From a virus, in IMG/VR virus record IMGVR_UViG_3300047548_000930, positions 3,258 through 67,257 of that record: 64,000 nucleotides of DNA. The stretch is one strand, 5' to 3'. Of this stretch, positions 54,824 through 62,781 are shown one piece after another. Each line of letters opens with the position of its first letter. Positions within the stretch are counted from its first letter, which is position 1. Made by a program: the position numbers and the translations under genes. A model generated the notes under the pieces. The model did no database searches and was not told where the DNA came from. It saw only the letters and a program-made list of their open reading frames with translations.

Positions 54824-55894
54824 ATGTTATCAGTTAACCAAACATGGGACCCTTTGGAAGTTTGTATTGTAGGAAAAATGTATGATCCCAAATCTTTTAA
54901 TTTTATATCTAGCAGTAGAGTTAGACAAGTTCTGGAAAAAATTGCAATTGAAACTGAGGAAGATTTTCAAACTCTAATAAAGCTTTTGAATAAATTTAAT
55001 GTTGAATTAATTAGACCCAATGCTAAATTAATTGATAACAAGTTAATGCCGCCTCCGGTCACTCCTAGAGATCATACTGCTATGATTGGAAATAAATTCT
55101 TTATCGATCCCAGAGTAGATTTAAATTTCTATCAGCCAATTGTTGATTATGTGCAACAATATAATAAAATTAATTGGGTCAAAAACATTAATACAGCAAC
55201 TATACTAAGACTAGGAAAAGATTTGCTGTATGGGCAGATGAACTTATCCCCAAGCAATGTTTGGACTAGTATCAGAAAAGATAATTGGCCAATAGATACT
55301 CCAAAAAATCTAGAGGATAGTTTTAATACCAAAGCAATAATTGATTATCAAAAATCTATTTCAACTTGGTTTAAGGATTATCGCTGCCATTTTTATCCTA
55401 AAGAAAATCATCTAGACGGGTGCATGGCTGTTATTAAACCTGGATTGCTGATTAGCAATAAAGAACTAGATCACAAAAGTAGATTTAAAGATTGGGATAT
55501 ACTTTATCTTGATACAACTGTTAAAGACAAAATGATCAACAATTATTCTTATATGGAATTAAGAAAAAAGAATAGAGGTAAATGGTGGATACCTGGTGAA
55601 GAATCAAACGATGACTTTATAGAGTTTGTTGATTCTTACCTAAGCGCATGGACTGGCTATATCGAAGAAAGCCAATTTGATCTAAATCTATTAATGATAG
55701 ATGAATGCAATGCAGTTTGCACAAGTGCAAACGATATGATACAAAGGAAGTTTGATGAATATGGTATCAACTTGCATATAGTAAACTTTAGGCATAGCTT
55801 GTTCTTTGACGGAGGTATACATTGTCTAACAAGCGACATAAAAAGAAAGGGAGAGCTAATTGATTTAGCTCTCCCTCAAGAAAGAAATGTTTAG
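54824..55894 (+). CDS. Second amidinotransferase
   Basis: WDPLEVCIVG, PRD, NHLDG, FDLNLL and FDGGIHC; start moved to ATG 54824. Confidence 0.85.
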   Translation: MLSVNQTWDPLEVCIVGKMYDPKSFNFISSSRVRQVLEKIAIETEEDFQTLIKLLNKFNVELIRPNAKLIDNKLMPPPVTPRDHTAMIGNKFFIDPRVDLNFYQPIVDYVQQYNKINWVKNINTATILRLGKDLLYGQMNLSPSNVWTSIRKDNWPIDTPKNLEDSFNTKAIIDYQKSISTWFKDYRCHFYPKENHLDGCMAVIKPGLLISNKELDHKSRFKDWDILYLDTTVKDKMINNYSYMELRKKNRGKWWIPGEESNDDFIEFVDSYLSAWTGYIEESQFDLNLLMIDECNAVCTSANDMIQRKFDEYGINLHIVNFRHSLFFDGGIHCLTSDIKRKGELIDLALPQERNV

Positions 55895-55898
55895 TTTA

Positions 55899-56825
55899 TT
55901 ACTTTAGTTCGCCAAAGGTCTTCTTAATAGCAGGCTTTGCCTTTGCTACAGCAGTAATAAAGTCCTCAAGTGCCTTCTGATTACCGTTAAAATATTCAGT
56001 GTTTACATAAATGCCAGCCTGCCAAGCAACAGTATCTGATCCACTAAACCAACCCGACTGTAGGTTCTGTGGATAAGTGCCACTTGGAATAGTCTGCCAC
56101 TTATACAGTGCCTTGCCATCAATGTTGGTAGCATCGTTAAAGTCCATGTCATTGGCACCAACTAGGTTAATACCGTCACCAAAGTCAGTGTCTACTTGTA
56201 CAACTGTGGCATTACCAACAGCAGCAGGAACAAGCATACAAGTAGTGGTGTTAGAAGCGACGCTAGCCATAGCGATAGCACCTTCCTCGTTAGTAACTTG
56301 GACTTCTGCATAACCCTTGTCCTCTGCAATAAAATTCTGCCAAATTAGCCAAGCACCAGAACCACTGGCACCAAGAGCAACACTCTTGCTATTATCCCCA
56401 GCAAGGTCGCTTAGGTCATCGACACCCGACTCCTTGCTGCAAAGTACATGCAGAAATTCGCGTGGACCTTGTCCAATAATACGAAGCTTAGTGGCTGCGG
56501 CTGGGTTCTTACGCTTTAGTAGAACTGCACCATCTGGCTGTCCAATAAAAGCATGGCATGCCTCCCCATTTGCCACAGCTTCAGGTGTAGCGGGTGTTAG
56601 AACAGTTCGTTCAATGTTGTCCCATGTACCCTTGCTGGTAACAACATTAATTTCGGCATTGCGACTATCTCGCATAAAACTGGCAATGTACTGCCCAGTT
56701 TCATGGTAAGGACGACCTTCGCTGCCTGTGCAAAGGTTAATCTTCATCTTCTCAACAGCGTTGGCAGTACCCGCAAATAGAGCAAGACCAACAGCGGCAC
56801 TAAACATAAAAGTAGACTTAAGCAT
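55899..56825 (-). CDS. TAXI-family (TRAP) periplasmic solute-binding protein
   Basis: Signal peptide; TGSEG..Y, S.GT..NI, QPD, E.LHV, G..GSGA and IPSGTYP. Confidence 0.75.
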   Translation of the reverse strand: MLKSTFMFSAAVGLALFAGTANAVEKMKINLCTGSEGRPYHETGQYIASFMRDSRNAEINVVTSKGTWDNIERTVLTPATPEAVANGEACHAFIGQPDGAVLLKRKNPAAATKLRIIGQGPREFLHVLCSKESGVDDLSDLAGDNSKSVALGASGSGAWLIWQNFIAEDKGYAEVQVTNEEGAIAMASVASNTTTCMLVPAAVGNATVVQVDTDFGDGINLVGANDMDFNDATNIDGKALYKWQTIPSGTYPQNLQSGWFSGSDTVAWQAGIYVNTEYFNGNQKALEDFITAVAKAKPAIKKTFGELK

Positions 56826-57237
56826 TAACATTTTCCTTCTTTTCATCGACATGCTTGCAGGACCGCCGGAATTGGAAGCCTGGGCATGTACAATCATAAC
56901 GACCGTGATCCAGCGTCACAGTATATGTTTTTCCTTTGGACCCCTGGACAGTCCAAATTTTTGTTGTTGGCTCAGTGTTACTTGGTTGAGTAAAAACTGC
57001 GTCATCAACAGATACAATACGCTCTATATCAATTACACGCAAGTCAAAGTTTGGCTCATTTGTTGTTAAACCAATTTGACCAGGCTTAATAGCACGATGA
57101 TCGCTAACCACTCTACCTGTGTAGGTGTTAAATTCTGGAATGTGTACATAACTCGCATATGCCTTCCTCATTGGCCAAACTGGATTCTTAACGGTAATAG
57201 TAATTGTGTCACCTGCATTAAGCTGCATCGCGGTCAC
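56818..57237 (-). CDS. SWIM zinc-finger protein
   Basis: GSKG.TYTV...CTCPGF..R..CKH. Confidence 0.8.
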   Translation of the reverse strand: MTAMQLNAGDTITITVKNPVWPMRKAYASYVHIPEFNTYTGRVVSDHRAIKPGQIGLTTNEPNFDLRVIDIERIVSVDDAVFTQPSNTEPTTKIWTVQGSKGKTYTVTLDHGRYDCTCPGFQFRRSCKHVDEKKENVNA

Positions 57238-57511
57238 TCCTTAACCAAGCGTCAACTGTTTCTTTATCTCCCCATGCACCTCTTGGCATACGGTTGGCTA
57301 ACCAATTAGCATAGTCGTAGAGCTTTTCCCTATTCCAACTATCTGCCCTGCAAGCGGCACCTACAAAGTCATTGCATAGCATATGGTAAACAAATCCGCC
57401 TGGTTCAATCTTGTGATAATAGTAATTAGAAATAGACTGTACTACATCATCATAGAGTATGTAACCACTAAAGTCTAACTGAAAAAGTGCCGTATAAACA
57501 TTGTCAGTCAT
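57218..57511 (-). CDS. Hypothetical protein
   Basis: EPGGF...ND...A...AD..N...AWG. Confidence 0.7.
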   Translation of the reverse strand: MTDNVYTALFQLDFSGYILYDDVVQSISNYYYHKIEPGGFVYHMLCNDFVGAACRADSWNREKLYDYANWLANRMPRGAWGDKETVDAWLRSDRDAA

Positions 57512-57695
57512 TTTGACACCACCTTAAAGCAAATATTGTTGCATCATTCTCATGTGCAAAATATACTTTAACACGAAGTACGCCTTCGTCAATCTGCCAA
57601 TCGGAAAAATCTAAAATATTAGTTTTATAGTTTGGGCAATTTTCTATTGCCCATTCTATCGCCTCATGGGAGTATGGTACTGTTACTACTGCCAT
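57504..57695 (-). CDS. Small protein, F-x-L-x-W family
   Basis: EWAIENCP...FAHENDATIFALRW. Confidence 0.75.
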   Translation of the reverse strand: MAVVTVPYSHEAIEWAIENCPNYKTNILDFSDWQIDEGVLRVKVYFAHENDATIFALRWCQND

Positions 57696-57922
57696 TTGAG
57701 TGCGAACATTACCCTGGCATCATCTTCCATGACATACCAAACGTCCTTCTCGCCGTACAAACTACCAACAAACGAAATAGTTGCGCCGCTTTTACGAGAC
57801 CATTCATGTATCTCATTTTTATGAACGTGGGAAGCCGTTACCAACTTCCCACGATACAATTCTTGGATGTAGTTTGGTAGGTCATTTATGGATGGCACAT
57901 GATACGACAACATTATGCCCAC
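57686..57922 (-). CDS. Small protein, F-x-L-x-W family
   Basis: EDDARVMFALKW. Confidence 0.7.
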   Translation of the reverse strand: MGIMLSYHVPSINDLPNYIQELYRGKLVTASHVHKNEIHEWSRKSGATISFVGSLYGEKDVWYVMEDDARVMFALKWQ

Positions 57923-58167
57923 CTTAATAAAAAAAGAACTCCAGCAGAACTTAAGTCTGCAAATTTGATTTGTCCGTTCACTTTAATAAATGTTATATTG
58001 TGAAATTTTCCAAAATCTTCAAGAAGTTTCTGAGCAGTAGCGGTAGGTGGAAGACGACCAATTTGATAAGGATAGATAAACTCATTAAATGATTTTTCAA
58101 ACCAAGGAGCAAAATTTTTGCCATCTTCTAACAAAAGTTTTTTAATGATAGGTTTAGCGGGGGACAT
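57913..58167 (-). CDS. Small protein, F-x-L-x-W family
   Basis: FADLSSAGVLFLLRW. Confidence 0.65.
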   Translation of the reverse strand: MSPAKPIIKKLLLEDGKNFAPWFEKSFNEFIYPYQIGRLPPTATAQKLLEDFGKFHNITFIKVNGQIKFADLSSAGVLFLLRWA

Positions 58168-58203
58168 TAGAAGCAGACGTTCCTTAATATTGTTTATATT
58201 GTT

Positions 58204-58231
58204 AGAATAACATAAAATATTATTTTGTCAA
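58204..58231 (-). promoter_or_regulatory. Sigma70-type early promoter
   Basis: TTGACA-N16-TATTCT. Confidence 0.6.
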
Positions 58232-58237
58232 GCGGAA

Positions 58238-58311
58238 TAAATAAAAATACCGATCGCGATCCTGGCAGATCCATCGGTTCTAATGGTAAGTTTTTAGAAA
58301 GGACCATCAGC
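58238..58311 (+). promoter_or_regulatory. Late promoter plus structured 5' leader, copy A
   Basis: TAAATA-N5-ACCGAT CGC GATC CTGGCA GATC C ATCGGT TCTA ATGGT..AAGG ACCAT CAGC-ATG. Confidence 0.7.
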
Positions 58312-58989
58312 ATGACTATTTATTTGTATGTAAAAACCCACAATGCTACTGGACTAAAATATCTTGGAAAAACTTCCAAGGATCCATATTCCTATCTTGG
58401 ATCTGGTAAGTATTGGCTTAGACATTTACAGAAATATGGCACGGACATTTCTACTGAAATTTTATTAGAAACTAATGACCCAAATGAATTAAAAGAATAT
58501 GGATTATATTACTCAACATTGTTTAATGTAGTTGCTTCAACTGATTGGGCAAATCTAAAACCAGAATCTGGTGACGGAGGAATGGTAACTCCTGAAATAA
58601 TACAAAAAATTCTTGAAACCAAAAAAGCAAACGGATATGTGATAACAAATGAAACAAAGACTAAAATTTCTAATAGTCTAAAAGGAAATAAACGAACCAA
58701 CGAAAGCATCCAAAAAACTGCCAATAAGCTAAAAGGATGCAAGCGATCAAACGATTTCAAAGCAAATTTATCAAACAAAAGAAAAGGTAAATTAAATCCT
58801 TATTACGGCAAAAAACATTCCGATGAAGTGCGTAGAAAGATTTCCGAGTCACACAAAGGTAAAAAATATGACCAACCCAAATATGCTTGTGAGCATTGTG
58901 GATTGGTCACTATTCGTTCAAATTTAGTTCGCTGGCATGGCGATAATTGTAAATCTAAAAATCGCCTGGAGCCACCTGGCACACTTTAA
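58312..58989 (+). mobile_element. GIY-YIG-type (Seg-like) homing endonuclease with NUMOD3 repeats
   Basis: IYLY.K.H..TGLKYLG.T, YLGSG..W, NPYYGKKHS.E...KIS and C-terminal CxxC; start at ATG 58312. Confidence 0.82.
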
Positions 58990-59395
58990 TGCCTTCAGCT
59001 CTAATGGCATCTACTACTTGCTGCCTATCGTCGAACCAAAGATAGGGGGTTCCAAACTCCTGTCGGATCTGAGCCAGCAGTTCAACCTTAACGATGTTGT
59101 CTGCACGGAAATCCTTGTGCGCCCTCATGTACAGAGCGTTAAACTCTACACCAAAGTCCTTCATCTGCTTCTCGGTCACTTCACGCGACTCCTCACCGCG
59201 CCCGGAACACAGGATTACCTTGTTGCCCTGACCAGCAAACGTCTGCGCGAGGAAAACGATTTCCTCATGCGGCGTGTCCTGCGGGATTGCAGCATTAAAC
59301 GCCTTAAAGTTCTTCGGCTTGCTTGCCACGAACGCCCTGCGGTGCTCGATGTTACAAATGGTTCCATCCAGATCAAATACAATGATCTTGTTCAT
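58955..59395 (-). CDS. HAD phosphatase (3'-phosphatase domain of T4 Pnkp)
   Basis: FDLDGT, SGR, MR..D.R.D..VK, FDDR..VV and QVAPGDF. Confidence 0.88.
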   Translation of the reverse strand: MNKIIVFDLDGTICNIEHRRAFVASKPKNFKAFNAAIPQDTPHEEIVFLAQTFAGQGNKVILCSGRGEESREVTEKQMKDFGVEFNALYMRAHKDFRADNIVKVELLAQIRQEFGTPYLWFDDRQQVVDAIRAEGIKVCQVAPGDF

Positions 59396-59427
59396 TTAAA
59401 TATTCCCCAGTTGTTAAGTTATAATGT

Positions 59428-59455
59428 ATAATAACACAGTTTGAAACCATGTCAA
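59428..59455 (-). promoter_or_regulatory. Sigma70-type early promoter
   Basis: GGTTGACA-N16-TATTAT. Confidence 0.7.
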
Positions 59456-59459
59456 CCGC

Positions 59460-59525
59460 TAAATAATAATGTAGTTCGCGGGTTGCCGCCCCAACTACTC
59501 TATACGCTTTGAAGGAGCATACAGC
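59460..59525 (+). promoter_or_regulatory. Late promoter plus structured 5' leader, copy B
   Basis: TAAATA-N5-GTAGTT CGC GGG TTGCCG CCC C AACTAC TCTA TACGCT..AAGG AGCATA CAGC-ATG. Confidence 0.7.
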
Positions 59526-60128
59526 ATGTCTAAATATCCAGAAGGATATTATATCTACGCATATTTACGCAAGTCTGATCTAACCCCATATTACATTGGT
59601 AAGGGCAAAGAAGGCAGGGCTTGGCAACAACATTATCCAACAGTTAAACCTAATGATAAATCTAAAATAATTATTTTAGAGTCAAATTTAACTGAGGTCG
59701 GTGCAATGGCATTAGAACGTAGATTAATTAAATGGTATGGAAGAAAAGATATAGGAACAGGCATATTGTTAAATCAAACAGATGGCGGAGACGGTGCTAC
59801 CGGTAGATTTGGCGAACTTAACAATATGTATGGAAAAACACACTCTCAAGAAATTAAAAAAGCCCATTCAAAAAGGATGAAAGGTCGTTTTGTTGGAGAA
59901 CAAAATTCAATGTTTGGCGCTAAACGCCCTGAAGTTTCTGCTCGTAATAAATTACCAAAGAGATGGGTTACAAACGGATTAGTTGACAAGTTGGTATTAG
60001 TAGAACAAGCACAGATTTATTTAGAGCAGGGTTATTGGATTGGTCGTTCAAACCAATCCAATAAAGAGGCTGCATCTAAAACATTGAGTAAACTCCGCAA
60101 AGGTAAGGCACCCTGGAATAAGAAGTGA
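59526..60128 (+). mobile_element. GIY-YIG homing endonuclease with NUMOD3-like motifs
   Basis: YYIYAY...PYYIGKG..R, E..LI..YGR.D..G.L.N.TDGG and [10 protein letters not shown]. Confidence 0.85.
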
Positions 60129-60134
60129 AGGTGC

Positions 60135-60416
60135 TCATACCCACTCCAGTTCCTCGGGGTTATCTTTAAAATACGGACTAATACCAAATCCGTAATCGTA
60201 CCTATTCGCGTATGCTGTAGGAAAACCTTCTAAAAATCCAGCAATCATAAACAGCACGGGAGCAAACACCCAACTTATGGGATTCCAAAAACGCCACACA
60301 AACCCGTAGCCGTCACCATCCTTATACACTCGAATTACATACAAGTAAGCAAAAATTTTACCAAGTGTATTCATTTTTTTTACCTCACGGGTTAAACTTT
60401 TTAAAGTCCTTAACAC
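60135..60416 (-). CDS. Hypothetical membrane protein (start probably MNTLG)
   Basis: Hydrophobic WRFWNPISW segment. Confidence 0.55.
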   Translation of the reverse strand: MLRTLKSLTREVKKMNTLGKIFAYLYVIRVYKDGDGYGFVWRFWNPISWVFAPVLFMIAGFLEGFPTAYANRYDYGFGISPYFKDNPEELEWV

Positions 60417-60636
60417 GCTGGGACCTTACGTTCTTGTCCCTTACTTCCCGCGCCCAACTGTCAGGTGTGTATCCAAGTTCATAAGCATGTTTGGGTGCAA
60501 GCGCAAACTCATCAAACCTATCCATTTCAAGCAGCTTAAAACGCCGCTGGGCTTCTTGGCACCAATCAACAAAATTAACGCTCTTATTGGTATACACAAG
60601 ATTCTTCTGTGTAAGTGTTACCGTATCCTTAACCAT
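60385..60636 (-). CDS. Hypothetical protein
   Basis: GGAG SD; operon-packed. Confidence 0.6.
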   Translation of the reverse strand: MVKDTVTLTQKNLVYTNKSVNFVDWCQEAQRRFKLLEMDRFDEFALAPKHAYELGYTPDSWAREVRDKNVRSQRVKDFKKFNP

Positions 60637-60638
60637 TA

Positions 60639-61379
60639 TTAAATCTCCTTTACGTAGTTGAGTTGCGTAACAGCAACGTTAGTATCACGGTCAGCATAGT
60701 GGGCCTTAACCTTACCCTTAATCGTCACGCGGTCACCCACGGTGTAGTTCTTCTTGGACCACCAACTAAACAGGTTGCCCTTACTACGCACATCAACGCG
60801 GTACATACCAAAGTTGTTATTGTAACGGACGGTCAGCACCTCAGCGTCCGGCACCATCACGTTATCCTTAACCTTACCAACATGCACGGAGTTGGACTGC
60901 ATCTTAATGTCGTTTACAGCATCCTTAGCAAGGGCACGTTCCGCGCTTGCAATAAGGCTGGAGATCACGCTCACATCGTAAACAGTTTCAATCTGCTCCT
61001 TGTTAGCAAGCGCAATTGCAGTCTGTTCAAAATCGTTGGCAGCACCACTCAGCATCTTAAGCAGGTTAGTCTTCCAATATTCGCGGGCAGCATTGCCGCG
61101 CTCGATATCCTCTTCACCCCATGCCTTAGCCCCAGTGGCAAGCATGTTACGCACCATCACCTTGTTAGCTTCCTTGTCGAGCACGGATTGGTGGAGCGCC
61201 TCGTCCCACTTAAAAGTAGCCTCCTTAACGTACCCGCCGTTAATACGGTTAGCACAAGCGGCAGCAGCCCAAACGTCCTCAGCCTTATACATAAAAACAG
61301 CCTTCGCCTTCGCGCCGCTATACGGTTTGGAAAAGTTGGGGAGCGGACGGGGAGCGTAAGTCCTGCGGTAATATGCCAT
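60639..61379 (-). CDS. Early protein with C-terminal OB-fold-like domain
   Basis: HVGKVKD.V...IKGKVKAH...TQLNYVK; strong codon bias; AAGGAG SD. Confidence 0.7.
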   Translation of the reverse strand: MAYYRRTYAPRPLPNFSKPYSGAKAKAVFMYKAEDVWAAAACANRINGGYVKEATFKWDEALHQSVLDKEANKVMVRNMLATGAKAWGEEDIERGNAAREYWKTNLLKMLSGAANDFEQTAIALANKEQIETVYDVSVISSLIASAERALAKDAVNDIKMQSNSVHVGKVKDNVMVPDAEVLTVRYNNNFGMYRVDVRSKGNLFSWWSKKNYTVGDRVTIKGKVKAHYADRDTNVAVTQLNYVKEI

Positions 61380-61412
61380 GCGCTAAACTCCTTGCTTTGT
61401 TGCTATATTCGT

Positions 61413-61440
61413 ATAATACAGCCAAATAGGATAACGTCAA
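61413..61440 (-). promoter_or_regulatory. Sigma70-type early promoter
   Basis: GGTTGACG-N16-TATTAT. Confidence 0.7.
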
Positions 61441-61486
61441 CCGTTTTCTGCCCTATTTTTAGGGGAAAAATGAAAAAAATTAGGTG

Positions 61487-61539
61487 CTAAGTGCTTGATT
61501 TTGTTACAGAAAAATTCTGCAATGATTTCAAACACTTAG
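61487..61539. repeat. Inverted pair of 19-bp IHF-like sites
   Basis: Reverse AACAAAATCAAGCACTTAG (61487-61505) and forward AATGATTTCAAACACTTAG (61521-61539). Confidence 0.65.
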
Positions 61540-61853
61540 CTTTCGTAGCCAAAATGCTTAATTGCTGCATCCATTTTGGCGCGGATATTGCCCGCCCCAA
61601 TAGGGTTTTGGCTGTGGACAAAGTAGTCAAAGTTTTTAGGGAATTTGAGCCCCTCGTCCAACATATGCTCGATCAGCCAATCCACAAACGCAGCCCCAGT
61701 TGGACCATTACCGAGGTCATGGTCAAAACTGATATAAACGGGAAGTCCCATTTGAGAAACTTCCCAACATGCCTCTTCATAATCCCGCGCAATAAACCAC
61801 TCGTCCTCACGCACAGGGAAACGCTCATCATCGAGGAAAAGTCGCCAGGTCAT
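61536..61853 (-). CDS. Cyclic-phosphate-processing receiver-domain-like protein
   Basis: LFLDDER.P, ISFDHDLG and VHSQNPIG. Confidence 0.78.
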   Translation of the reverse strand: MTWRLFLDDERFPVREDEWFIARDYEEACWEVSQMGLPVYISFDHDLGNGPTGAAFVDWLIEHMLDEGLKFPKNFDYFVHSQNPIGAGNIRAKMDAAIKHFGYES

Positions 61854-62071
61854 TAGTCACCCCATTCCTTGTGGTCATTGCAGAGTTCCTGATAATAGTA
61901 CCCTGACTTATATGCTTCGTATTCCTCTGTGCCTTCCTTGGCAACACGGCGAGGTCCATCCCCTGTCCCGCGATCATAATAGTGAGGGTCAAAAGGGCGG
62001 CGGTAATAAGAATCGGCACTGCCGCGATCATAAGGTCCACCATGTCGTTCGCTATACTTTCCCATTACCAC
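61853..62071 (-). CDS. Conserved phage hypothetical protein
   Basis: RHGGPYDRGSADSYY.R...PHYY...Y..GY. Confidence 0.75.
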   Translation of the reverse strand: MVMGKYSERHGGPYDRGSADSYYRRPFDPHYYDRGTGDGPRRVAKEGTEEYEAYKSGYYYQELCNDHKEWGD

Positions 62072-62271
62072 TTGCCTCCAGTACCGTTAAAATCAATAAA
62101 GGTTTCGTCTTCGTCGTCCTCATCTTCATGTTCGAGGAATTCGTTTGCTTCCATCATGTCTCGGACCTCGTCCTCGCTCATGTACTTTACACAAGCCATA
62201 ATGACCATATCCTTGTCGAGGAGACCTTCCTCAACCATTTCAAGAAGCTTATTGGTATATTCACGAGACAT
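62065..62271 (-). CDS. Acidic hypothetical protein
   Basis: Start at ATG 62271 after GGAG; ACVKYMSEDEVRDM. Confidence 0.7.
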   Translation of the reverse strand: MSREYTNKLLEMVEEGLLDKDMVIMACVKYMSEDEVRDMMEANEFLEHEDEDDEDETFIDFNGTGGKW

Positions 62272-62275
62272 TAAA

Positions 62276-62440
62276 TTACTCCAGGTTAAGAAATTTACGG
62301 GCCTGAGGAACAGCCTGTTTCCATAGTTCCGCAGGAAGATTTTCACCATGCTTGTCTTTTACAAGTGCCATCTTTTCTGCTGCAAACTGCCGGGCGAGAG
62401 GCTCAACCATTTGTTCAAGTTGTTCTTTAAAGTTTATCAT
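62276..62440 (-). CDS. 54-aa hypothetical protein (not in ORF track)
   Basis: MINFKEQLEQMVEPLARQFAAEK...FLNLE; ATGA overlap. Confidence 0.65.
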   Translation of the reverse strand: MINFKEQLEQMVEPLARQFAAEKMALVKDKHGENLPAELWKQAVPQARKFLNLE

Positions 62441-62688
62441 CGCCAACCATCCCTTCCAGTATCATAAGCGCCTTCGGCGCGCAATCTATCGTTTTCCCAA
62501 CTTGCTCCATCAACCTCGGGAACATAGGTCACTCTTTTGCCACGCACCATGATGCCAACAAAAGTGTTCTTAATAGAAATTCCATAGAGTTCCATGTGCC
62601 ACTCTAGTTCGGGCTTATCCAGCTTGAGACGCAATATTTTGGTCTTGCCCCAGTAAAACCCAATCCCAAAAATGCGCTTCATGTTCAA
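62437..62688 (-). CDS. Hypothetical protein
   Basis: AAGGAG SD, downstream of a promoter. Confidence 0.65.
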   Translation of the reverse strand: MNMKRIFGIGFYWGKTKILRLKLDKPELEWHMELYGISIKNTFVGIMVRGKRVTYVPEVDGASWENDRLRAEGAYDTGRDGWR

Positions 62689-62705
62689 CTCCTTGTTATG
62701 TACGT

Positions 62706-62733
62706 ATAATAGCGTCTTTTGGTACTACGTCAA
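62706..62733 (-). promoter_or_regulatory. Sigma70-type early promoter
   Basis: GGTTGACG-N16-TATTAT. Confidence 0.7.
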
Positions 62734-62735
62734 CC

Positions 62736-62776
62736 AAAAAGATAGCCCTGCTAAGTTCTTGACCTAACAGGGCTAT
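62736..62776 (-). terminator. Intrinsic terminator
   Basis: ATAGCCCTG/CAGGGCTAT stem, extended by G-U pairs only on the minus strand, followed by a U run. Confidence 0.75.
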
Positions 62777-62781
62777 TTGGG

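Noticed and set aside
58312-60128. Group I intron around the GIY-YIG genes
   Set aside because: The flanking genes are intact, the endonucleases are antisense with their own promoters, and there is no room for an intron core.
60663-61490. 275-aa plus-strand ORF
   Set aside because: Antisense to a well-supported gene that has its own promoter and SD.
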